This document shows, one piece after another, positions 12,598 to 25,671 of a stretch of 64,000 bases of DNA (position 1 is the stretch's first letter; each line of letters begins with the position of its first letter). The stretch is from Callorhinchus milii. Taxonomy: Eukaryota. Made by a program: the position numbers and the translations under genes. The stretch lies in NCBI RefSeq assembly GCF_018977255.1, contig NW_024704743.1, positions 85,438,001-85,502,000 of the forward strand, given 5' to 3'. Below the pieces are notes generated by a model. It was not told the DNA's origin and made no database searches. It worked only from the letters and a program-made list of their open reading frames with translations.

Positions 12598-14153
12598 GTG
12601 GGTACTTAATTTGTGACTGATCTTATTCTATGCTCTGAAGCCCCAAATATGTTAAGGTTAAAGGAGATGGTCTTAAATTCAATCTCGTACCTTAATCCAT
12701 ATTAGCTGAACATTTTCAACTAGAAGAGAATATTTGATGGCATATAAAACCTCCAGTTCAGTGGCATTTATATAACTGGTTTAAGGCAGAATGTCTTATT
12801 GTAAAACGAAGTTTTCATCTTGATAGACTACAAATAAAACCATTGAGCTTATTCACCCATAAATAGTACTGTTATTTCAATGACAACAAACCCACAAAAT
12901 GCAAAGCATTCTTGCTTCTTTCTATCCATTACGATGAACTACATAAGATGCAAATTATGAAATGATTTAAATGGTATGTGAGAAGAGTGTTAAAAGATTT
13001 GACTGAGTGATGCATTTCTCATAGCTGAATTGAAACACGGATTGAAATTCTAACTTCCATGAGCAATTGGTATTCACGCACCCATTTTCCTTAGTTTAAT
13101 ATACCATTCTCGGGTGGAGAATAATGCATTATGAAGTGATTGTAGATCAGTGTATTTAAAAAAGAATTGATGCACATTTTGAACACTTGACTAGATGGTG
13201 TGCAGAATTGTGTATAAAGAAACCGTTAAAACTGTCAGTAAAATATATTTGTTTTGTTTTTTGTGTTGCTTCAATTGGCTATTTCAAAACAGCCAAAAAT
13301 AAACCATCATACACAGTGTTTTAACTATCTCAGGGTTCAAAACCCGGCCCTCTGATAATGCTTGCAAAAATTGCATTCTACAGTCTCCCTTTGAAAATGA
13401 GGTACCATACTCATTCCACTCTGTTTTATATTAGCAGATCATAGTTTTTTAATATATGTTTTTCTTTAAGCAGTTCACCAGCTTGTGTAATATACTGCCT
13501 TTGTGGCATGTTTGGTGAAATCGGAAGTAACAACAAGTCTCATCTGACTGGCAACGTAATTAATGCGTGTGGGACTGGGCATTTATACTGCCAGGTTTGC
13601 AGTTAAATGGGAGGGTGAGTTTCCTGACCCAGGAAATAGAAGGGAGTGGGGGTGAGTTTGCTTAATGTAGATCAAGTGCAAAAGTTACACAATCCACAAC
13701 AAAACAATTAAATCTAAGGTGGGAAGAGAGCAGCTTTCTACCCAGCATATATTTGCCTGCCATGCAGTGTCAGAAAAATGGGGTTCATCTAACCCCACAA
13801 ATTTTAAAGGGTGATTTATTTAAAATAACGTGACTTCATAAAACCATTATGTTTTATTAAGATGTGTGTTTATTAGGTAATTATATTTTTTGAAAGCTGG
13901 AGGCTTAGTTGAGAAGTGACCTTTGTTCTCCACAAAGTAGCAATGATTTGGAATATAATAAATGCACTGTTATTCACTAAACTCATTTACTGTTCATTGG
14001 AAAACTGATTTGGCAGAATGCAATGTTTGGCAATCTTTTATTTTTTTTCATGAAATTAAAGTATTTGCGATCCCTCTTAAATGTACGTGAAGAGTTTAGT
14101 AGTTTTCTATATCATATTTAATACTTATTTTCATAACTTTTATTCTTTTGCAG

Positions 14154-14250
14154 GACCGCTTACCTCTTGCTGTTGTAGGTAGCAATACTATTATCGAAGT
14201 GAATGGAAAACGAGTCCGAGGAAGGCAGTATCCTTGGGGAGTTGCAGAAG
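14154..14250 (+). CDS. SEPT7: Septin 7 coding exon (start of septin unique element)
   Basis: cttttgcag|GAC ... G|gtaaga, 97 nt. Encodes [32 protein letters not shown]. Confidence 0.97.
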
Positions 14251-17200
14251 GTAAGAAAAAGTACAAGGAGTTTCTGCCTATACAGTGGATGTTAAACTGT
14301 TTAATAATGGCATTGGCATTCTGTTTGTATTCATGAAAAGCTTTTGAATAAAGTTGTTTACCATTTTGTTTATTTTTTCACGTCCACTATCTTTTCACGT
14401 TCACTGGGTTGATATGAAAATAATAGAGCCGATTATCCATACTAATGTAGACCAGCTTCTTTGCAGATAAGCAGACAGTGCACATCATGAAAAATACAGA
14501 TTGGCTATAGTGCTAACAACAAATTCTTCCAACATGAGTTATATTGTTAGTGTAATATCTTGTTACCAGCTCTTCTTTTTCTTTCTCTTTTCTCTCTCTC
14601 TTCCACTTTCCCCCCTTGGTCTTTTTTATTTTGCTCTGCATTTTTCTCTGTTTGAGTCTCTTGCAAGAATCAACTTTCTATGCTTCTGTCTCTGCCAGTG
14701 TCTCTGGTCTGACTCTAACCCTAAACTGTATACAATAAAAGTTTGTAAAAGTATAAAGTATAAAATCTCTACTGTTGTGCCTGTATGTGAGATTGCCAGG
14801 GCTGCAATGTAGCTTGCGTCAGAGCATCCTGAGAAGCTTGGGCACCCTGCACAACAGTATTTTTGCTGGTATCTTGCAACCCTCTGGCCGCATCCCTTTC
14901 AGGGCCGCATTTGGAAAAACAGACATGGGATAATTGACTGCTGTACTTGCCTTCTATCTATTAACTAGCGCTTTGGGATGCTGCCCAGAGTGGAGGGCGC
15001 TATATAAATGCTTGTTGTTGTTGTTAATTACTGTGGGATTGCAAGGTAATCTGCTCTATGTAAAAGTTCAGGTTCAATAATTCAGAGACACGGATTCTTT
15101 TTCAAGTTTCTAAAAATAGTGTTAAATGCTCATAAAATATTTCCTTCGATGAATAATTTCAGCAAAGATTATTTAATTTACTGATTGTTTAGCATTAGCA
15201 GCTTTTTTCCGTATGAAAGCATTAACATGTGGTTCATGTTTAAAGAAACTTGGACTAATAGACTTTTAGATCTGTAATTTGAAATGTGTTTATTTGTAAC
15301 TTTAGACTGAACATTTAAATTTTTTTGGCAGCATACTTGATTTAAGTAATAATGACTTACATTGGCAGTTCATTTTGCCAGCAATACAACGGTGTGATCT
15401 GACTTGGATTAGACGTTCAGCTCATGAATAATAATTCATACTATATCTGAGATTTGGGAAATTGCAGGATTTGAAACTTCCATCAGAATTTGCCCTGTTG
15501 CTGCAGTTTCTTTTTGTTTAGCCGGCTGTCTCCAACCCTCATGCAGAAATCGATTGTCATCCTGAAGAGTGTCCAAACCAGAAGAGTTCCACCTGCATAG
15601 AAATTTCCCTGTGTTTGAAATGAAGTGCACACCTCCCCCACAGGAATGCACCCTGCTAATTCCGTAAAATATTAGGGGCAGGTTGGCAAGAGCAAAGACT
15701 TGGGGACTCTAGAATGTGCATTGGGGCACTATGGAGTTTAACCAGCTAAAATTACCATGGAGCTAGCTCAGGCCCAAGAAGAGCCTTCATAAATTCAGCA
15801 CTTCTTTTGCTGCACAGTTATGGTAGTAACTTGTTTTGTAGGGATGTGTAGCTTTTATTTGCTTTGAATCACTACTCCCTTAATTACAATTGAGGAGTCC
15901 CTCCCTCAACCAAACAATGGATATTGTAAAAGCTGATTTAATCCAGTAGTACGCAGTACCGCTTTTCATAACGTGTTTTACTATAACCCAAATTCCCTTA
16001 TAAACTAAGTTGCACCTGGACCCCATACACTGTGCATACTCGCAGGCGCTGTTTGCTTCCTGCATGCCAGCTGGCTTTTCATCCTAAAATGTAGTCTTTA
16101 GTTTACTTCTGCCGAAACCCTGCTTTGTTGGGCAGGTATTGACCTTAAAAGGGGCCTGATGATCCGGATGTCGGTGATTTTTAGCTTCCTGTGCTACAAA
16201 ATTGTCAACTTCCAGGTTCATCAGCCACCGACGATGTCTCTTTCTGCTTTGCACATACACAGAAAATGGAATGACCAGATGAACTGGAAGCCTGCCATTT
16301 TTTTTCCTTTAAGGCTAGAAACAGGAAGCTTGCTTCTGGCATGTGCAATAAAACCTACGATCAGGCCTTTCCGTAACATGGATTTGAATTATTTAGTTGC
16401 CAAACAATGTTAGAAGGATTACACTGTATTTTCTTGCTTACAAAAATTTGTCCATCTGACTCATTACCAGAGGATAAGTAACAACATTATCAAGCAAAAT
16501 TAGCCTTGTCCAGACAATCTGTTCCTTTGCAATACAAACTACTAGATAAATCGGTTGTATATTTTGAACACTGTTCCATTTTTTTTGGTGGGGGGGATTA
16601 TTTTCCAACTATGTTTAAAATGTAATTGAACAGTTTTAAGCATCCAATTGGTATTTTTAATGTACATTTTTACTGCATCAATGAATCATTTTGTTGCCAT
16701 TTTGTATGTCTACTTTCCTCAAAAAGAAAATATTTGATTTAATCTTCTATATCTTGAAATTTTACACCTATTTTGGAGTGAAGAATGTGTTTGTCCAAAA
16801 GCATAACATGTTAACCACATACTGGTATCTTAATTTAAATATTAAACAATGTTAAGCATGGCAGTGTTACCTGTTAATTGCAGCCCCAGCCAGATTTAAT
16901 TCACCCTACTTGGATTTGCAAGTTGTTTCCTTGCCTATGACTAATCCTGGAAGAAAGCCATTGTGTTTCATCGGTGTTGAGACACTTCTAGATTTGATTA
17001 ACATAATTAGTTTTAATGTGCAAATTCTGATTTGGAGGAGGTCTTGTGCTATTTAAAAATTCAAGCTTGCCAGATAAGAGATGAACTTTCTCTTGTTTTT
17101 CTGTTGAGTAAATACTGGGTTCTATATACATTGGGGACTGGATTCATCCAGTGTTTGCCTGGCAGTTTATTTACTTAGAGTTAAACTTAATATTTGTGAA

Positions 17201-18359
17201 AGGCTTATTTGTGATTTTATCAAACCAAAAAGGAATGTAGGCAAAGTAATATGCATTTATAGCCAAAAAAGAGAGTATTGTATATTGGGGAAATAGAGCA
17301 TTTCATACTCTGCAATGTATATGAATGTATAGCCAAAAAAAAAGTTTTTATTCTGGCAAAGAAAGTTGATTTATAAATGTAACATAGTTGGATTGTCAGT
17401 ACAATAGCTTTCACACAGGGTGAAAAGGGTGGGGTACGATAGCACAAACACCAGATGTTCTTTCAGAAGGACTGGGAAAATCCTAAAGTCTACTTTTATT
17501 TAAAAAAAAAGTTGTTTCTGACAGTGAAATCTGAACTTGTACTAATATGGGCATAGTGTCTAACTTATTGGATAGTGACCACGCAGAGCCTATTAAAACA
17601 ACCTCTGTTTCACAGGGAATACGCAATGACTTTTAACCCCTTGTCCATCCAGATTTTTCAGGAAATTCCACTCATTCAAAATTAATGCATGACTGTTTTT
17701 GCTACTTTGGAAATGAGTTAATAACCACTCCTACATCTTTCATTCAAATATAATTCCAAAGCTAGTACAGGATGTTACTGCAATAAAATTAATGGTGGAG
17801 ATTAGATTTACGAAGAATGTACGACAGTGAAACTGGACACTGGGCCCAATCAGTCTGTGCTGGTGTTTGTACTCTGCATGAGTCTCCACCCATTCCTTTA
17901 CTTCATGCTATATGCTTCCGTTCCTCTCTCCCAAATAGCTTCTTCTTGATACATCCCACAGAATTATGCAGAGAAAATTTTTAAAATTATTCAAATTAAT
18001 TTTGTTTTGCAATTTAAATACGGGATAACTCTATTGTAGCCTTTTTAGAAAGATATGGAGGCCAGTTTTCACGAATTTTGTATTTATGTAGCACATTTAT
18101 TTATATAGCACATTTTTGTATTTATTTGTGAGTCATACCTCCTGTTCCGCCTCTCTTCCCGTCATTCTCCGCATTGTAGTGATGGGAAGAGAGTCTGAGC
18201 AGAAGGTATGAGCTGCCTCTGGAGGCAGTGTGAGGGGGACGAGAAGAGAGGTGTAGCCAGAGTCATGTGGCAGTTCGGCCATATTGTACAATATTATCCG
18301 CCTACAAGATGAAAGGTGTTATGCACGTAATTATGTGGGTTGTATTTTGAATGCATCTA

Positions 18360-20290
18360 TACTATCTTAATTCAACCTCCGCTTCAGACAGCGAGTTCCA
18401 CAATCTTACTATATATGTCAAATAGTTCCTCCTAAATTCTCTTTGTGATCCCCTAGTCACTATCTTGTATTTATGTCCCATGGTTACAGACACTTTAACC
18501 TTATTGTACCCTTCTATAATTTTAAACACTTCTATTATGGCCCTCTTAAAGCAAAAAAGACCTAACCTATCCATCCAGTCTATTCTGATAGCGGTGTCCT
18601 GGGAGCCCTATGTTGTATGCTTTCCATTGTTGTTATATTCTTCCTATAATATGGAGACCAGCATTGGACACAATACTGTAAGTGCGGTCTAACCATTTAT
18701 ACCAATGTGGTATTAATTTAACATAACCGCCTCACTTTTATAGTCTGTCCCTCTGGATATAAAGCCCAAGATCCATTGGCCTTTTTCATATAGCATTATC
18801 TACTTCTGTAATTACTTTTAAAGTTTTATAGATTCCCCAGACGCTTTATTTTTCCTGCTAAAGTGAATTTGCGTTTTCCTACATAAACGTAATTGCTATC
18901 TATCTGCCCATTCTGCTTGCCTGTTTATCTTGCTGTATTTTCTGCATTATTTTCACTGAATCCTTTTTCAGAATTTAGGAGGAACACCCCCACCCCCCCG
19001 TTTCATGTTATCTGCAAATGTTGACTCCATGTCTCCTATTCCTAAATTCAATTAATTATGTATGACAATTCCACATGCCCCTATTTTGGTCCTGAGTCTC
19101 ATTTGGCACTTTATCAAAGGCCTTCTGGAAATCCAGATAACTACATCCGTTACATTGCCTTTATCAGATATATCTTCAAAGAATTCAATAAAGTTGTATG
19201 CAGATGACACCCAACTCTACCCCTCTGCCTCCACCCTTGCCCCCAGGACCGCTGCTGTGCTGACAAGAATGTCTGTCAGACATCAAATCCCGGATGAGAG
19301 CTAACTTTCTTCAGTTGAACGTCAACAAGAACGAGGCTCTCCTAATTGGCTCCCGTCAGCGCCTCCTCACCTCAGGCGCTGACAGCATCACCATCCATGG
19401 TTGCACACTCCACCTTACTAAGCCAGTCTGGAACCTTGGCATCCTGTTTGACCCTCAACTATCCTTTCTACCCCACATCTGCGCCATGACCCACTCTGCC
19501 TTCCCCCACCTCTGAAACATCGCCTGGCTCCGTCACTGTCTCACACTGCAGGCCACCAAAACCCTCATACATGCCTTCATTATATCGAGGCTCGCCTATT
19601 GCAAACTCATTGCTTGTCGGCCTCCCCAACTCCTCCCTCCACGGCATGCAGATCATCCAGAACTCTGCAACCCGTGTCCTCTCCCGCACTAGGCTCCGCA
19701 ACCCGATCACCCCCATCCTTGCCCAGCTCCACTGACTTCCCATCGCACAGAGGATACAGTTCAAGATCCTGGTCCTCACCTTCAAAACCTTCCATGGTCT
19801 TGCTCCCCTCCTACCTCTGCGACCTCCTAACCCCCTACCATCCTGTTCGCTCCCTCCACTCAGCGGGCTCCGGCTTGCTTCACGTCCCCCGCCTTGATCG
19901 CCCCACTATTGGTGGGTGGGCCTTCTGACACTCTGCCCCCACCCTTGGGAAATCCAGCCCGCAGTCCCTCCGTCTCGCCTGCCCCTCCCTCGCCACCTTC
20001 AAGACCCATCTCAAGACCCTCCTCTTCGACCATGCTTTCAATCTCCCTGCTTCCGCCCTCTGCCCTCCACCCTCCCCTACCCCCAGCTCGGGTCTGTAAC
20101 TGTCTGTCCTGCGCCTTGGGACGTCCTCCCGACGTGAAAGGTGGTTTACAAATGTAATTTTGTTGTTGTTAAATCCATTCTGACTTCTTAATTATATTCT
20201 CTTTCTCCAGGTGACTAGTTACTTCAACTTTTATTATAAATTCTACTACCTTGCCCAGAGTCAACGTTAAGATGACTGGCTTGTAGTAAT
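18360..20290 (-). mobile_element. Old CR1 LINE remnant split by an L2 insertion
   Basis: Minus-strand remnants IEVFKIIEGYNKV...IVRLWNSL and LDFQKAFDKVP, resuming after 20170 with YKPVILTLTLGKVVEFII. Confidence 0.8.
19196..20170 (+). mobile_element. L2-type LINE 3' fragment
   Basis: Begins at YADDTQLY; NFLQLNVNKNEALLIG, NLGILFDPQLSF; ends gccttgggacgtcctcccgacgtgaaag...(TTG)n. Confidence 0.92.
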
Positions 20291-20605
20291 AATAATCATC
20301 TTTGCATTTAATATAGCGCCTTATCATGTCTTCAAGACGTCTCAAGGTGCTTCACAGAATATACTGTAAAGTGAATTGACTGTATTTTGTGGGCGAAACG
20401 CGGCAGCCAATTGCGCACAGTAGTGTCCCACAAACAGTCGTGGATTAAATGACCAAATTATTATTATTCATTTTTTGAAGAAATTATTACCCCCCGGAAA
20501 AGCAATCTGCCTATCGACTAGCAACTGGGTTCCTATTTACTGATGGGTAAACAGAGGCGTGTGGAGTAAGGAAACTTGCTCAACATTTCATCCTGCCGGA
20601 AATCG
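20287..20605 (-). mobile_element. DeuSINE copy lacking most of its head
   Basis: Same core and tail as 5615-5937. Confidence 0.85.
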
Positions 20606-21004
20606 ATTAGCTGGTTAGATTTCAAAACTCTTTGGATATTATTCATTAGCACTCCGGTGTATCCAGGCTAATCTGTGTGTGTATGTGATTGTTTTTTAAA
20701 AAAAACTTAAGCATTGTTGTATTCAGAAATCCTTTGTTAATTTGAAGTAAAATGCAGTGAAAAATGGAGCTGTTTCCAAGCACTAGGTTCAAGAGGAAAT
20801 GCATCCAGTATTTGAAGCGAGCTCTGTCAGGAAATTGAGGGGCTTGGCGTGGGTACAACAACAGTTGCACTGGTAGTGAAATCTGATTGCGAGATTATAT
20901 CCAGCCCCGGCAGTTCACTGTTGACACAGGTCAGGGAATGACTGGTAGATGCTGCTTTGTTAGTGTGTTCAACTCAGAAGGGCAGAGTAATTTAATTTAA
21001 CAGT

Positions 21005-21200
21005 AAAGATAAAATGCAGGAATTCTGAAATAATACTAGAAAATACTGGAAAACCACATGAGGTCAATCAGCAGCTGGAGGTGAACATTTCTGCTGGGAT
21101 TCTTCTTCAGAACTGTCCTTCCCGAAATGTTCTCCAGTCTTTCTCTGTCTGATCCTGATTGACCTCCTGTAGGTCTCGAGCATTTCTGTTTCTTTTTCAA
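21005..21200. mobile_element. Palindromic Penelope-like terminal repeat remnant
   Basis: Arms gaaaatactggaaa...gaggtcaatcag and ctgattgacctc...gagcatttctgttt are inverted, and match the 44011-44150 copy. Confidence 0.6.
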
Positions 21201-22454
21201 ATAAACAGTGAATGAAAAATGTATTTGTGGGTCTAGTGTTTTCCAGAACTGCTCTTTGAAGTTTAAATAAAGGATTACAGATCCTTGTACTATGTACTTG
21301 CATGATATATAAACTTAGGGCCCTAGACATCAAATTTGAAGCTGGTTGAGGAGACTGTCTCATGCACCCAAGCCTTTTCACTTTGTGGGCTTTGCCTCTC
21401 CACTTCTGGAAGAAGGTGAGTGCATCACACATGTGGAAAAAAACTTTTTTTAAATAATTTTCGTTATTAGTGCTAACAAATCTTAGCGGCCAGAAGAGAC
21501 TTTTTAATATCAGGCAAATTTGATCTTTATCATTTTCTGATTCTGCTATAGCGATGATGTTTGGGGAAGTGAATATACAAAAGGTTTGTGCCTGGTCTGG
21601 TGTGGTCTTTCTCATTCTGGAGTGCTTTGCTGTGGCTGTAACAGGAGATTTCATTTAGCGTTGGGAATTTCAGTAGCTTTTCTTTAGGATTGCCTGCCTA
21701 AGTGGGATTGCTTGTTGAAGGTTCTCTTTTTAAAATAAGTGTTACTCAAATAGAACGTTCTTAAAGTGAATACTCACCACAATTTCTCAAAACTGAATTT
21801 TGGTGCTCTGTAAAACGTCCAAAGCATTACAGCTTCTTGTATTTATATAGTGCCCTTCACATGGGGTAGTGTCTCTGAGCCTTTAACAACAGTGGAATTT
21901 GATCCCAAGCCAGGTGGGTGACCACAGGCACAGCTTCTAACCATTGCTGAGACACTTAGCGGTTTTAGTTGGAAACTGTGAAATTCAACAAGGAAAACAT
22001 GACGAGGACTACATTTTCCACTTGGGGAGAAGTGTGTGATTGCTGAGGGATGAAATGCGATTTGTTTTACCATCTGAACGCAGCATAAATAGAGCGACTA
22101 CTTATTGAGATTAAGATATGCTTTCAGTTTACTGAGAAATGCTATTTTAGAAGCATCTTGATGTTGAATGGAATCCTGAATTCTGGCAGCCTCAAACCTA
22201 AATTAAATAGGTTTGTTAATGCAACTTCTCAATGTGAATATCCAATATTAAATTATAACATTTAGGTGGAAAAACTAGACTTAACATGTGTGCATTAAAC
22301 AAATGGATCTGAAAGCAAATTATTTTGTGAACCATACAAACATTATTCAATCAATAGGGAAATGTGGAGGCCAGCAAACTCCCATAAACTGTCATGGGGT
22401 GAATCATTGGCTCTTTCTATCTTCACACAAAGTAAAATATAAGTCCCATGATCC

Positions 22455-23092
22455 GTTCTGCGTTGCCCCACATGTACAACATTGCCCGGCTCGCCACTGC
22501 CTCACCCCCTAGGCCGCCAAAACCCTAATCCCACATTCATCACATCTAGGCTCAACTATGTCAACTCCCTGCTAGTCAGCCTTCATGACTCGTCCCTCCA
22601 CAAGCTGCAGATCATTCAGAACTCTGCAGCTTGAGTCCTCTCCTGCATCAGGCTCTGTGACCCCATCACCCTCGCCCGGCTCCATTGGCTCCCCATCCCC
22701 CAGAGCATAGCATTCAAAATTCTTGTCCTCTCTTTCAAGGCCCTCCATGGCCTTGCTCCTTCCTACCTCTGCGACTTGCTAACTCCATATCAATCTCTGC
22801 TCAGTAGGCTGTGGCCTCCTCCACCACCCCCGGCCGGTCTGCCCCACCATCTGTGGTCACGCCTTCAGCCTTTCTGCCCCCACCCTTTTGAACTCCATCC
22901 CACATTCCCTTTGCCTTGCTCCCTCCCTTGTCTCCTTCAAGATGCATCTCAAAACTTTCCTTTTCTACTGAACCTTTGGCCACCCTCCTGCCCTCCCTGC
23001 CTTCCACCCTCCCCGATCCCGACCCCCAGCTTGGGTCCAAATCCCTGACTGGCCAGCACCTTGGGCCGTCCTCCATGTAATTTTGTATTGTA
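22455..23092 (+). mobile_element. L2-type LINE 3' fragment
   Basis: Homologous to 19470-20170 (ctgcagatcattcagaactctgcagc; ctccattggctccccatc...ttcaaaattcttgtcctc). Confidence 0.88.
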
Positions 23093-25671
23093 CTTCACAA
23101 AATGTTTAAAGTACAGATTGCAGATTTCTTTGGCTGAGGTTTTCTATTTTACGATGCGCGTTGAACACAAAACTGCTTTTATTTTTAAACGGGATTGTGG
23201 TTTCAGTCTAGAGACAATGTGCTCATTATTCTGTTAATTTTCAGTAGTTCACTGCAATATATTATAAATTATAACATTTGGGGTGACCAGAGCCTTTCAC
23301 ATCACAAGGAAACATTTTTTGGAGAGCTATCAGTACTCGTGGAATTATACTCCAGTATGATTCGCTGCTTTTACGGAAGGGGGCAGAACACTGAAATGGA
23401 TGTTGTGTAACAGTTTAGGGTCAGGGGCTGGAATTGAAATGACTCCATATTAACTGTTCGTGATTTATAGCGTCATGTGATTTCCTTGATTAAATTCTTG
23501 TGATCACTTCCAAGTATTCCTTATAAACTTGTAAAATTCAATCACTGGTCTTTTGGTGGTTTCTGACTTTGCTTCATCTTGAATTTTAAATCTAGAAAAC
23601 GGCTCTGGTTGGTTTCCTGGTTCTTGTTTGGTTATGTACATCGATATTTGTGCTGGTGCTCACTGCCACCATTGCTTATATCTATCTAAGCTTTGAAATA
23701 GGGATGTGGGAAATACCCATATATATAGTTTGATTAAGAAAATACTGTTTTAGTTCAACAAAAGGAATTTCAAGTTTGGCACAACTCAAATCTGAGTTCT
23801 GACTTATTTAAAGAATGTTTTGCGGTAGTTTCTCTGTTTTAACCTACGACTTTTAGCTATTTGGGGCTTATTAGGTGTGGGGGTGCAACCCGACATTGCA
23901 ACAATCAACCAATGCTAGGGCTTCATTATCATATTGAAAAAATATTATCATATATTATCACAAGAACATTCATTTTTTTGTATAGATTTGTGAGAATTTG
24001 TTGAACATTTTAGGGGCATGTTAGCATTTCAACTAAGGAAACTCAAGAATTTTAAAATGAAGCACAAAATCTCTATTCAGGCATTTGGTGAATGGTGTTT
24101 TTGTTTCAGCCTTCAGAATGCACAGGCTGTACATCTCATCTTGGTTCTGTTGGACTGTGGTGCTCCCAGAGAACTGTGAAATTGAATCACAGGCACAGCC
24201 AACAACAACTTGCATTTATATAGTGCCCTTCACACAGGTAGCATCCCGGAACATTTGAACAGTCAGCCGTGTGAATGTTCATATCTAGCCTGAAAAATGG
24301 TCTCTGCAGAGATTTTTTAAAATTCATTCAGAGGTCAGAAGTTTTGGAGTGTGTTTTACCTTGAAAATGGTGTTGCCTGGAAGGCAAAGAAAACATTTTT
24401 TTGAAAGAGAGATGATACAGATTAGAGGTAAAATTAATTAAAGATGGTATGAAACCACAGGGAAGTAGAAGGTAAGAGTGAAGCTTTGTAGTTTATGCTC
24501 AGACTTAAAATGTTGATTGACAAAGGGCTCCTGACATTTGAGTATGTTTGTGAGATGTTTCAGCAACACTGTGTGAAATGAGTTTCTAATTTGTTTTAAC
24601 TGCTGATGCACTCAGTAAGAGTCAGGTGAGCTTCTTCCGGTAGCCTGGAACAGGGTGGTATGAAGAGAAAAGAGAATATTGTACTGGAAAATCCATCTGG
24701 AGTCCAACTAATGTTTCAGAAATAAAAAGGTGTGGGTTATTTTTCTTCAGATCTGTTTGGGGAATTTAGTGAATGCATCCTGGTTGTGAATTCTGAATTG
24801 TCTGATTGTGAATTGAGGTTATAAACTATGATTTATCATTCTGAGCCCCTCTCATCTCAAAATTATGTAGGCATCAAAATACCTTCTACCTACTATTTTT
24901 AAACTGTGTTAGCATCCCTTTCGATGAAGACACCAATTGTGTTTAGAATTGAGCCTTCTAGAGTGCTAAAATTGAAGGTTGAAAAAGTTTCCAATGTATT
25001 CTGTGCGATTTAATGTATCTGACTTGCTATCCTTGACAGCGTATTGAAAATGCGTTGTTTATAGAATCTACATGAATCTGTATACTTCACTTATTTATTC
25101 TATTCTATTTCTTATGTTTCCCTACTGAGTGCTTGTCTCCTTATATAACTGAATCAGGTATCGGAGCCGGATTTATAATCCAGACAGCAGTACAAGCAAT
25201 TTATACATTGTGCAATATGACATGTGGTTGCGTTTTGAAGGGGATATGCTTTTTGAATCCTTTCCAGAGCTTCCTCTGTCAGCACTATTTTGCAGAGGCA
25301 ATTTCCATTCCTCTGCGTTAGTTATCTGAATTTTGTGTATGAATGACCAAAATGTCATTGATTTTAAAGATGTGGAGAGGGACTTAAAACAAACAAGACA
25401 TTTTTAAGCGCATTTTCTTTTCTCCTCTCCGCACCCCCCAAGATGGTGATTCATGCTGAGGTGTTGTTTAAGGGCAGGGCAGCCAACCTTGCCCAAATCA
25501 GGTTATTGGATTGCAGAAGGCTTCACAGAAAATCCCAACAATGAGGCAGTCACCAGAGTTTGAGTATAAATCATAACCAAGTTTCTCCTCCCTCTGTTTA
25601 AGGGCACGAATTCGCTCCATTTGTCGATCCCCATCAAAACAACTTCCCCTCAAAATGCTGGCTGCTAGAGT

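Noticed and set aside
16155..16165. Box C-like TGATGA suggesting an intronic C/D snoRNA
   Set aside because: No suitably placed box D with terminal stem; better explained by the palindromic repeat family.
21064..21654. 196-aa minus-strand ORF, the longest in the track
   Set aside because: No recognisable domain, partly overlaps a Penelope-like repeat and is antisense within an intron; treated as a chance ORF.
22004..22022. ggactacattttcca resembling a ZNF143-associated motif
   Set aside because: Imperfect, isolated and deep in an intron with no CpG island or promoter context.
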